Assembly (NCBI GenBank): GCA_964565425.1
Contig: CAZMEZ010000003.1
Coordinates: 18,991 to 82,990, forward strand
DNA: 64,000 nt
Direction of reading: 5' to 3'
Source of the DNA: an uncultured Planctomycetia bacterium
GTDB lineage: Bacteria > Omnitrophota > Gorgyraeia > Tantalellales > Tantalellaceae
Position 1 is the stretch's first letter. Each line of letters opens with the position of its first letter. Both the position numbers and the translations under genes were made by a program. Positions 20,785 through 28,948 of this stretch are shown here, one piece after another. Under the pieces are notes generated by a model. That model was not told the origin of the DNA, made no database searches, and saw only the letters and a program-made list of their open reading frames with translations.

Positions 20785-23700
20785 ATGGACACCTTTCAGG
20801 AACATTACGATCGCTTGAACGACGAACAGCTGGAAGCCGTCGATATTATCGATGGCCCGCTTCTGGTCCTTGCCGGCCCCGGAACGGGCAAGACACAACT
20901 TCTTTCCGTGCGGGCCGCGAACATGATAAATAAAGGAAAAGCGGAACCCGAGAACATACTCATACTTACTTTCACCAATGCGGCGGCAAGGGCAATGAGG
21001 GAGCGCCTCGCCCGGATAATAGGCCACGAAGGCTATAATATTGAAGTGGAGACATTTCACAGCTTTGCCAATTCCATCATCCTGGAGTCGGAAAGCGCGA
21101 TAAAGTACGTAAAGGACAAGATAGATATAACCGACCTGGAAAAGGTCAGGTCGCTGCAGTATATCCTCGATAACGTGAAGGGCATGGAGCCCCTTAAGCC
21201 CTTCGGTGCGCCTTACATGCATCTGGTGGAGATCGGCAACAGGATAAGCGAGCTCAAGAACGAAGGCATTTCCCCGGGTGAATTGAAAAATCATTTGAAA
21301 GACCTCGTCCCCGACGGCATTAATATCGAGGAAAAGCACATCCCGCGCCTGAAAGCGCTTTCGCTGGCCTATGAAAAATACGAGAGACTTAAAAACGAGG
21401 AGTCTTCGGTGCTTTTCGACGAAAGGGGCCGCAAAGATTTCGACGACATGATACTTATAGCTCTTGACGCCCTGCGCAAGGATGCCGACCTGCGCGTTTC
21501 CATGAGAGAACAGTATAAGTACGTAATGGTGGACGAGTACCAGGACACTAACGGAGCGCAGCTCCAGCTGTTATTCTCGATACTCGATCCGGAACGCCCG
21601 AACCTGTGCTGCGTGGGGGACGATGATCAGTCTATCTACCGTTTTCAGGGGGCCACGCTCTCGAACTTCCGCGTTCTTAAAGAGACATTTCCCGGCCTTA
21701 AAACGGTTCTCCTGAAAGATAATTACCGGTCAACGGACGGGATAATAGATCTTTCAAAACAGATCATATCCCAGCTTCCCAATGAGGAAAGGGTCGCGGA
21801 AAAGATCCTCGATCCCCGCCGCGATTACAAGGAAAAGAAGATACAGTTCCTGGAGTTCATGACGGAGGAAGAAGAGCTGGCATTCATGATCGCAGAGATA
21901 AGGAAACAGGCCGGAACTATAAAGAAAGACAGTTCGCTTGATGAGGGCACGAGAGATAAACCCTACAATAGCATGGCGGTTCTTGTCAGAAAACGGGACC
22001 AAAGGCAGAAGGTGATAGAGGCGTTCCTCAAGGCGGGCATACCGTACGCGTCCGACGGGAAAGAAGATATACGCATGGAGAAGCGCGTTCGCCAGATGTT
22101 GGACGTCCTGGAACTGGCTCATGTCGACCTGGAGAACAATGAAAGGAAATCCCTGGCCTTGTACAAGTTGCTGACCTCGGATTATACCGGGGCATCCCAG
22201 AGCGACGTGCTGAAACTCATAGGCCGGGTAAACGCAAAAAAGAGAGTTTTCAGGGGCAAGGATCTGGAAAAGTTCAGATCCGTGAATCTTTTCAGCGAGT
22301 TTTTTGCCGTCTTCCCCGTAAGCGGTGAAACTCCGCCTTCGGAAGAGGGGTCGAGGAAGCTCAGGGCGACAAAGGATATGGCGCTTGATGACCCGCTTGC
22401 CCTGCACAGGGCTGCCTGGGCCTTGAACAGGGTCCTTAAAGACGCCCGCGCGAATCCCATACACGATATACTGATGCGTTACATCGAGGATACCGGGCTT
22501 TACAGGTTCATACTTGAAAGCTACGAGGACAATCAGGTCGTCAGGGTGAGGGATCTAAGGGCCCTGGTCTCTTTTATCAACATGATAAAAGAGTCCAGCC
22601 TTTCCAGTCCGTCCCTTAGGCTGGATGATCTGATGCAAGAGCTGGAACTGAGGGAGGTCCACGGTATGCCCATAAACGGTGAACTGGCGACGCTTAGCCA
22701 GGACGGCGTGAGGATATATACGGCGCACAGCGCGAAAGGCCTCGAGTTCCATACGGTCTTTTTGCCTTTTTGTCTCGAGCAGAAGAGTTGGCCGGTCCGC
22801 AGCAAAGGCGACGTGGTGCCGTTGCCGCCGGATATATACAAGAGCAAGGAAAAGGTCGATGAAAAAAAGAAGCTTAAGCTGCTGAATCTTTACGATGAAT
22901 TGCGGCTTTTTTACGTTGCTTCCACCCGCGCGAAAGCGAACCTGATCTATACCGCTACACCCGGAGAAAAGGTCATAATCAGCCGTTTCCTGAGCCACGT
23001 TGATCTGAACCCGGGATCCGGCTCGCCTTCATCGGAGGAAGATTTTCTTTCGGGTCTATTGAGGGATACCCGCGAGAGGGACGCTTTGCAGGAAGTTTCC
23101 GGCATACTGAAGGATATTGTAAAGGATCTTACCCTGAACCCGACAAGCCTCAACAACTACATAACCTGCAGGAGGAAATTCCTGTACGATAATGTGCTGA
23201 TGCTGCCGGGCAGAAAGAACCAGAACCTGGTGTTCGGGAACTGCGCCCACAAGGCCTTGGAGGAGGTTTACAAGTATTTCATGGATAAAAAGAAATTCCC
23301 GCATTTTTCCTTTTTCAAAAAAGCCTTCCTGTCCGAGCTGGAATACCAGGGGGTGAGTGATAACATCAAGAAAGGTTGCGCGGTAAAACTGGATGACCTC
23401 GATGGCTGGTACACGAAAATGTCCAGATCTCCCGTGATGCCTCTGGACCTCGAGAACAAACTTGAAATATCCATACCCTGCGGACCGGTTTTCAGGGGCA
23501 CTTTCGATAAGATAGAGAGGGAGGAAGAAGGGGCGATAAAGGTCATAGATTATAAAACCGGGAAGCCCGATAAGCACGTCAAAGCGATATTCAACTGTAA
23601 GGATCTGTCGAGATACGAGTGCGACGATTATTACCGGCAACTCATAGCCTACAAGATGCTGTACGAAAAAGCCTTGCAGGGGAGAAGGAAGGAGAGGGTG

Positions 23701-23940
23701 ACAAAAGGCGTGCTGCAGTTCCTTGAACCTGTGGCCGAAACGGTCAAAAAATACGGATTGGAAAAAGGCACTTACAGGGAAGAGACGGTAGAACTTACCG
23801 AGGACATGGTGGGTGAGCTGGAAAGAGTCATCATAAAGTGCTGGAAAGATATACAGGGGCTGAAGTTTGACAAGTTGTCCGAGAGGGACGATAGGGAGAG
23901 ATGCAGGATCTGCCAGTATGATTCTATTTGCTGGGGGTGA
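20785..23940 (+). CDS. UvrD/PcrA-like SF1 helicase fused to a C-terminal PD-(D/E)xK Cas4/AddB-type nuclease with a Cys4 Fe-S motif
   Basis: N-terminus EQLEAVDIIDGPLLVLAGPGTGKTQLL (UvrD Q/Walker A motifs). C-terminus carries the nuclease motifs VIDYKTGKP...YRQLIAYKML, one upstream Cys, and CRICQYDSICWG (C-x2-C-x5-C). Confidence 0.8.
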   Translation: MDTFQEHYDRLNDEQLEAVDIIDGPLLVLAGPGTGKTQLLSVRAANMINKGKAEPENILILTFTNAAARAMRERLARIIGHEGYNIEVETFHSFANSIILESESAIKYVKDKIDITDLEKVRSLQYILDNVKGMEPLKPFGAPYMHLVEIGNRISELKNEGISPGELKNHLKDLVPDGINIEEKHIPRLKALSLAYEKYERLKNEESSVLFDERGRKDFDDMILIALDALRKDADLRVSMREQYKYVMVDEYQDTNGAQLQLLFSILDPERPNLCCVGDDDQSIYRFQGATLSNFRVLKETFPGLKTVLLKDNYRSTDGIIDLSKQIISQLPNEERVAEKILDPRRDYKEKKIQFLEFMTEEEELAFMIAEIRKQAGTIKKDSSLDEGTRDKPYNSMAVLVRKRDQRQKVIEAFLKAGIPYASDGKEDIRMEKRVRQMLDVLELAHVDLENNERKSLALYKLLTSDYTGASQSDVLKLIGRVNAKKRVFRGKDLEKFRSVNLFSEFFAVFPVSGETPPSEEGSRKLRATKDMALDDPLALHRAAWALNRVLKDARANPIHDILMRYIEDTGLYRFILESYEDNQVVRVRDLRALVSFINMIKESSLSSPSLRLDDLMQELELREVHGMPINGELATLSQDGVRIYTAHSAKGLEFHTVFLPFCLEQKSWPVRSKGDVVPLPPDIYKSKEKVDEKKKLKLLNLYDELRLFYVASTRAKANLIYTATPGEKVIISRFLSHVDLNPGSGSPSSEEDFLSGLLRDTRERDALQEVSGILKDIVKDLTLNPTSLNNYITCRRKFLYDNVLMLPGRKNQNLVFGNCAHKALEEVYKYFMDKKKFPHFSFFKKAFLSELEYQGVSDNIKKGCAVKLDDLDGWYTKMSRSPVMPLDLENKLEISIPCGPVFRGTFDKIEREEEGAIKVIDYKTGKPDKHVKAIFNCKDLSRYECDDYYRQLIAYKMLYEKALQGRRKERVTKGVLQFLEPVAETVKKYGLEKGTYREETVELTEDMVGELERVIIKCWKDIQGLKFDKLSERDDRERCRICQYDSICWG

Positions 23941-24175
23941 TGTTCAAGGCTAAAGGCGAAAGAGAGCGCCAGCGCGCCAGGTAAAATATCAAAAATCAAA
24001 AAGCAAAGTTCAAATATATAGATCAAAATCCAAGATACTTATTTTTGCTTTTTGATATGAATTGTTGAATTTTAACCCGCATTACTATCACGTAATCTGC
24101 GATCATCTGTGTTTAACGAACAACGATAAACGAATAACGCACAACGCACTGCGATAATACGATAAAAAGGAGCCA
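23941..24175. repeat. Spacer with an ATCAAAA stutter inverted repeat and a CGAACAACGATAAACGAATAACGCACAACG stutter
   Basis: atcaaaaatcaaaaagcaaag...tttgctttttgat followed by cgaacaacgataaacgaataacgcacaacgcac. Confidence 0.7.
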
Positions 24176-24180
24176 TAGCC

Positions 24181-25200
24181 ATGGATAAAAAATTCGTAAA
24201 GGAGCTGAAGGTCAACGAGCTGGTTGATTCGGCGTTCAAGCTGGAGAAAAAGGAGCTGAAACTGACGAAATACGACAAGCCGTATCTCCATCTCGGTCTA
24301 TCCGATAAGACGGGAAAGATAGAAGCCCGCCTGTGGGACGACGCCGAAAAGTTCAATGAAGCGGTGGAATCCGGCGATGTTGTGAGGGTGAAGGGGACCG
24401 TCGATAAGTACCGTGAAGAAAAGCAGCTCAAGATAGATTTCATCGAAAAAGCCGACGATCGCTCTTACAGGTACGAGGATATGGTGCGTGTCGCGGAGAA
24501 CAGGGATAAGCTGTTAAGCGATGCCCTGGGGTATCTGAACAGCATAAAGAACCCGTGGCTCAAGACCCTGAAAGACGGTCTGGCCGGGGATGAAAGTTTC
24601 ATGGAGAGGTTCAAGGACGGCCTGGGGGGCAAGATGTGGCATAACGCGTATATCGGCGGACTTCTTGAGCACACGTACGAGGTAATGTATATCGTGGACA
24701 GGATGTGCGTTATCTATCCCGAGGCGGACAGGGACATGACCCTGTTCGGGGCTTTTATACACGATATCGGAAAGGTATATGAGCTTGACCCGGTCAAGGT
24801 TGAATATACCGTCGAAGGCGGGCTTGTAGGGCATATCGTGATAGGGCATAAGATGCTCATGGAGAAGATAGCCGGTATCGCCGACTTTCCCGAGGATCTC
24901 CGTATCCGTCTTGAACACATCATACTCAGCCACCACGGTGAATACGAGCAGCAGTCGCCGGTGCTGCCCAAGACTCTGGAAGCCACGATCATATATCACT
25001 CGGATGAGCTGGTATCGCAGGCGAACGCGATAAAGGAGATACAGAAGAGCCAGGCGGAGGAAGGCAGGGTATGGAGCCATTTCGTAGGGATCAAGAACAG
25101 GAAGTACTACATAAGGGACTCCAGCGAAGAGGACTGGACCCGTCCGCGGAAGAATACGGAAAAACGGGATAAAGCCAAAGATGATCTTTTTGGGTCGTAA
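24181..25200 (+). CDS. yhaM: YhaM-like 3'-5' exoribonuclease (OB-fold + HD domain)
   Basis: N-terminal OB-fold; HD motif LEHTYEVMYIV...GAFIHDIGKV...LSHHGEYE. Confidence 0.75.
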   Translation: MDKKFVKELKVNELVDSAFKLEKKELKLTKYDKPYLHLGLSDKTGKIEARLWDDAEKFNEAVESGDVVRVKGTVDKYREEKQLKIDFIEKADDRSYRYEDMVRVAENRDKLLSDALGYLNSIKNPWLKTLKDGLAGDESFMERFKDGLGGKMWHNAYIGGLLEHTYEVMYIVDRMCVIYPEADRDMTLFGAFIHDIGKVYELDPVKVEYTVEGGLVGHIVIGHKMLMEKIAGIADFPEDLRIRLEHIILSHHGEYEQQSPVLPKTLEATIIYHSDELVSQANAIKEIQKSQAEEGRVWSHFVGIKNRKYYIRDSSEEDWTRPRKNTEKRDKAKDDLFGS

Positions 25201-25213
25201 GCGGGAGTGAACG

Positions 25214-25612
25214 GTGAGAGATGACAAGCGGGCGGCGATGGGCATGAACGCGAAAGATTTCGAGAAGCTGGTGATAAGAGCGCTTGAAAATTTACCCGGA
25301 AAATTCAAAGATAGCCTGGAAAATGTAGATGTCGTGATCGAGGACGAGCCCGCCCCGGAGCAGGCGAAGGCCGTTGATGTCTCACACAGACGAATGGTCC
25401 TGGGGCTATATCAAGGGGTGCCCTTGTTGCGCCGCAGCCATTATTACGGTCTCGTGATGCCCGATAAGATATCGATCTTCAGGAAGAACATCGAGAGGGT
25501 CTGTAATACGGAAGAGGAAATAGTGCGTCTGGTGACCCACACCGTCCAGCACGAGCTTGCACATCACTTCGGCATATCCGACCGGAGGCTCAAGGATCTC
25601 GGTATATATTGA
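25214..25612 (+). CDS. Zincin-like minimal metallopeptidase (COG3824 family)
   Basis: C-terminal HExxHH (VQHELAHHFG) in a ~130 aa protein. Confidence 0.7.
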   Translation: MRDDKRAAMGMNAKDFEKLVIRALENLPGKFKDSLENVDVVIEDEPAPEQAKAVDVSHRRMVLGLYQGVPLLRRSHYYGLVMPDKISIFRKNIERVCNTEEEIVRLVTHTVQHELAHHFGISDRRLKDLGIY

Positions 25613-25647
25613 AACAGCGTTCAGCGGTCAGCGGACAGGATAAAAAA

Positions 25648-25676
25648 AGACGGCCTGTACAGGCCGTCTTTTTTTA
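25648..25676. terminator. Bidirectional intrinsic terminator between convergent genes
   Basis: A-run, then AGACGGCCU-GUAC-AGGCCGUCU, then T-run. Confidence 0.85.
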
Positions 25677-25696
25677 TCTGCGCCAAGCGTTTGGCT

Positions 25697-26686
25697 CTAT
25701 TCTTTACTCGGGTAGATCCTGACGTTATCTATATATATCGGTCCCGAGTAGGCAGGTTTATTCGATTCCACCCTTACCGCTATTTTGCGGATGTCCGCCT
25801 TGAATTCCTTGCTTACCGTGGTTCTCCTCCAGGTGGCGCTGTCGCCCTCGGATATATCGGCGGATATCGTGGTCCATTCGCCGGGTTTCATACGCGCGGT
25901 CCGCGTCATTTCCGTCCAGCGCCAATCTTCGCCGATGGTCAATATGATCTTTGCCCGCAACCCTACCGGGGCTTCCGGGGGCAGATAAATATCCACGGAG
26001 ATCGTGTCATAGCCCGTGAGGTTCAGGAAATGCTGTATCTCGACAATAGCCGCGGACCATTTGTCACCGGGAAATTCGGCGTAGATCCCCAGGCTTCCCG
26101 AACCGTTACTTGAGGCGCCTTCCACGGGTTCCATGGTACGGGCCACGTGGTCGGCCTTATCGTAAGTCCAGGAGGGTATTTCCCAGCCATTATCGTTGGT
26201 CTCAAAGTCGTAAAGCAGTTTTCCTCCTGACGCGGCGTTGGTGGCTACCGGGACATCGTACTTGTTCCAGTCATTAAAGAGCTTTTCCCGCACTTCTGGT
26301 TCCTTCTGGGGTGTCCTTGCTTCACGGATCTCGGGCTTTTTCGCCGAAACTAAATTTTCAGCGGGTAATGTAAATATTTTTTTTGCGGGTTTCGGGTCGA
26401 GAGAAATAGCGTATTTTTGCGACAGGAAATATCCCGCGGACAGAATTGCGCCCACCAAGACGACAGAAACCGCAAGCAGAACCTTGCGACCTACCGGTCG
26501 GGAAGGGCGCTTTTCCGGTTTTTTCCCCGCCGGTTTCTTTTGTCCCTCTTGGGGTTTGGCGCTCTTTTTAGCCTTTTCCTCCGGCTGTTCTTTCTTATCG
26601 CCGGTTTCAGGCTTTTCCGCCACGTTTCCGAAATATGCCCTGGAAAGCTCCAGATCTATTTTGTCCTGGATTTGCCGGTTGTTCAT
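25697..26686 (-). CDS. Type-II membrane-anchored protein with an extracytoplasmic beta-sandwich (CBM-like) domain
   Basis: K/P/E-rich N-terminal tail, a single TM (VLLAVSVVLVGAILSAGYFL), then a ~180 aa domain ending ...GPIYIDNVRIYP, typical of carbohydrate-binding beta-sandwich modules. Confidence 0.6.
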   Translation of the reverse strand: MNNRQIQDKIDLELSRAYFGNVAEKPETGDKKEQPEEKAKKSAKPQEGQKKPAGKKPEKRPSRPVGRKVLLAVSVVLVGAILSAGYFLSQKYAISLDPKPAKKIFTLPAENLVSAKKPEIREARTPQKEPEVREKLFNDWNKYDVPVATNAASGGKLLYDFETNDNGWEIPSWTYDKADHVARTMEPVEGASSNGSGSLGIYAEFPGDKWSAAIVEIQHFLNLTGYDTISVDIYLPPEAPVGLRAKIILTIGEDWRWTEMTRTARMKPGEWTTISADISEGDSATWRRTTVSKEFKADIRKIAVRVESNKPAYSGPIYIDNVRIYPSKE

Positions 26687-26965
26687 ATTTATTATTCTAA
26701 CACATTTGCTGTAAAATGGCTACAATAATCTACTTTTGAGGGTTTGTATCAATATTTTTTTAGAAATATCTTATTTTCCCCAAAAATATCTCCCCCCCTC
26801 AAGGGTATGACCATTTTGACATATGGCGGCAAGGGGGAACATTATATTTATTTTTTATTACCGCCTATTTACAACATAATAATAATATGTTATACTTTAT
26901 GCCAAATAGCACAAAATATAAGGCAATACGACCTTTAATACCACAAAATATATGGGGGGCGGGAT

Positions 26966-28012
26966 ATGAAAATAATCTCTGTAGCTAATCAAAAAGGCGG
27001 TTGTGGTAAGACAACGCTTGCAGTTAATGTGGCGGCCGCTCTCGCACGGATGGGCAATAAGACTCTCTTGATCGACCTGGACCCGCAGGCGCACGCGACT
27101 TTCGCTCTTGGTTACCTGAAAAAACATTCTGAAAGGAAGACTTCTTATGATATTTTCCGCGCCCGTTTCGACAATGTTGACGCTCCGCTGGAAGAGATAG
27201 TCATAACGGACAGGGAAAGACTGTCTTTTATCCCGGCGAACATGATGCTGAGCGCCGCTGAAATAAACCTCGGCAGCGTTAACGGGGCAGCAGCCATACT
27301 GCATAAGACCCTGCAGGACCCGTTTTTCGCCGAATATGACTACGTGATCGTGGACTCGCCGCCGAGTTTCGGTTTTCTTACGCTCAATTCCATGTATGCG
27401 GCTGACATGATAATAGTGCCGGTGGACCTGAGTTATTTTTCCTTCAACGGCATAAACAGTATTTACAGGGTGACCGGTCTGCTCAATAAGGAAACCGCAA
27501 GGACCCCTTCGGTGTTCTTCGTGATCAACATATATGACAAGCGTTCCAAATTCGCAAAGCAATTCGATAACGATGCGGGTAAAAAGCTCGGCCCGTATCT
27601 TCTCCCGACGAAGATACGCGCGAGTGTACGCCTCAGGGAAACGGCCAGGGAGGGGAAGACGATATTCGAGTATGATCCGAAGAGCCCCGTGGCCCTTGAT
27701 TTTTATAACCTGACAAGCGATATCCTGGCAGCCAATAACAGGGAGATAAAAGAGGTCGTAAAAGAGTTCGCGCTCTATGCGCCGGATGCGGGATCCGTGT
27801 ATGTTCTGGGTGATTTCAACAGCTGGCAGAAGGCCGACAGCAGCAGGCTGAGCAAGCTCGAGAACGGCCACTGGTCGGCCCACTTCACGCTGCCCAGCGG
27901 ACGCACCTATCGCTATAAGTTCCTGGTGGATGAAGAATGGACGCACGACCCGGAAAATTCCGCGCTGGAAAGGAACGCTTTCGGCACCGCCGATTCTATT
28001 CTGAAGCTGTAA
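26966..28012 (+). CDS. ParA/Soj-type P-loop ATPase fused to a C-terminal CBM48 (AMPK-beta glycogen-binding-like) domain
   Basis: Deviant Walker A KGGCGKT in MKIISVANQKGGCGKTTLAVNVAAALA...LLIDLDPQ. The C-terminal ~85 aa (VYVLGDFNSWQKADSS...GHWSAHFTLPSGRTYRYKFLVDEEWTHDPENSALERNAFGTADSILKL) follows the CBM48/AMPK1_CBM consensus almost residue-for-residue. Confidence 0.85.
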   Translation: MKIISVANQKGGCGKTTLAVNVAAALARMGNKTLLIDLDPQAHATFALGYLKKHSERKTSYDIFRARFDNVDAPLEEIVITDRERLSFIPANMMLSAAEINLGSVNGAAAILHKTLQDPFFAEYDYVIVDSPPSFGFLTLNSMYAADMIIVPVDLSYFSFNGINSIYRVTGLLNKETARTPSVFFVINIYDKRSKFAKQFDNDAGKKLGPYLLPTKIRASVRLRETAREGKTIFEYDPKSPVALDFYNLTSDILAANNREIKEVVKEFALYAPDAGSVYVLGDFNSWQKADSSRLSKLENGHWSAHFTLPSGRTYRYKFLVDEEWTHDPENSALERNAFGTADSILKL

Positions 28013-28030
28013 TCCGTATTTTGTGACGCA

Positions 28031-28072
28031 GAGAGCAACGGGGAGGGAGTCCTTGCCGTTGCTCTCTTTTTT
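28031..28072 (+). terminator. Intrinsic terminator after the ParA-CBM48 gene
   Basis: GAGAGCAACGG...CCGUUGCUCUC followed by UUUUUU. It lies inside the over-extended N-terminus of the arfB track ORF. Confidence 0.7.
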
Positions 28073-28121
28073 ATCGGGTCCGCACAAAAGATCCTCGAAG
28101 GGGGCTTTAAAATACCGTTTG

Positions 28122-28559
28122 ATGAGTGGTAAAAATATGACAGGTTACAGAATAACCCCGAAAAAAGAAGAGGCCCTGAAGGAAAAGATGCGGCTTTACG
28201 GGGTGAGGGAAAGGGACCTCGCGGAGACCTTCATAAGAGCGGGTGGCCGTGGAGGTCAACACGTCAATAAGGTATCCACCTGTGTTTATCTGAAGCATAT
28301 ACCCAGCGGCATTGAGGTAAAGTGCGCCAGGGAACGTTCACAGAAGGCCAACCGTTTTATTGCCCGGAAAATACTTATAGAAAAGATCGAGAAGATGGCG
28401 CGTGAAAAGGCCGCCGCGGAAAAGCACCGGAGGGAAAAGCTGCGCAGGCAAAAACGCGGAAGGTCCAGAAAAGGCAAGGAAAAGATGCTTGTGGAAAAAA
28501 GGAAGCGGTCCAAAAAAAAGGCCCTTCGCGGAAAGGTCCGTCACGGGGCGGAGGACTGA
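28122..28559 (+). CDS. arfB: Peptidyl-tRNA hydrolase ArfB (alternative ribosome-rescue factor, RF-1 GGQ domain)
   Basis: GGRGGQHVNKVSTCVYLKH GGQ motif plus a basic C-terminal tail; start at in-frame ATG 28122 or 28137 downstream of the terminator. Confidence 0.8.
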   Translation: MSGKNMTGYRITPKKEEALKEKMRLYGVRERDLAETFIRAGGRGGQHVNKVSTCVYLKHIPSGIEVKCARERSQKANRFIARKILIEKIEKMAREKAAAEKHRREKLRRQKRGRSRKGKEKMLVEKRKRSKKKALRGKVRHGAED

Positions 28560-28804
28560 TGAAGAAATTGAAGCTCGACCTTCACGATATTTGGAACAAG
28601 CATGGCCAGATAGAAAAAGCCCTTAACGATATTCTGCGGGAAGCCAGGGATAAGAAGGTAAAGATGGTCGAGATAATACCGGGTAAAGGTTCGGGGCAGC
28701 TCAAAAAACGCGTCCTTAAATTCCTCGAGAGGCACAGGGAACTGTACGACAGGGTGGAGAAAGATTCCAAGAACTGGGGAAGATTGTTCGTAAGGCTGAA
28801 ATGA
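28559..28804 (+). CDS. Smr-domain protein (SmrB-like small nuclease)
   Basis: LDLHD...IIPGKGSG...LKKRVLKFL matches the Smr consensus (DLHG...HGKG); ATGA coupled to arfB. Confidence 0.75.
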   Translation: MKKLKLDLHDIWNKHGQIEKALNDILREARDKKVKMVEIIPGKGSGQLKKRVLKFLERHRELYDRVEKDSKNWGRLFVRLK

Positions 28805-28945
28805 CAAGACCCAAATGTCAAAATAAAACGCAAATCCAAAATACGGGTAAAAGATCCCCGTTTATCGTTTGGGATTTGCCATTTGAGATTGATTTGTCAT
28901 TCGGATCTTGAAATTCGGGATTAAACGCATCGATAATATGGCTAT
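28805..28945. repeat. CCAAAT/ATTTGG word-stutter inverted repeat
   Basis: cccaaatgtcaaaataaaacgcaaatccaaa ... tttgggatttgccatttgagattgatttgtcatt. Confidence 0.7.
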
Positions 28946-28948
28946 GAT

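Noticed and set aside
20785-25612. Defence island or prophage around the helicase-nuclease
   Set aside because: No integrase, transposase, restriction-modification, toxin-antitoxin or phage structural genes nearby; flanks are biosynthetic and housekeeping genes.
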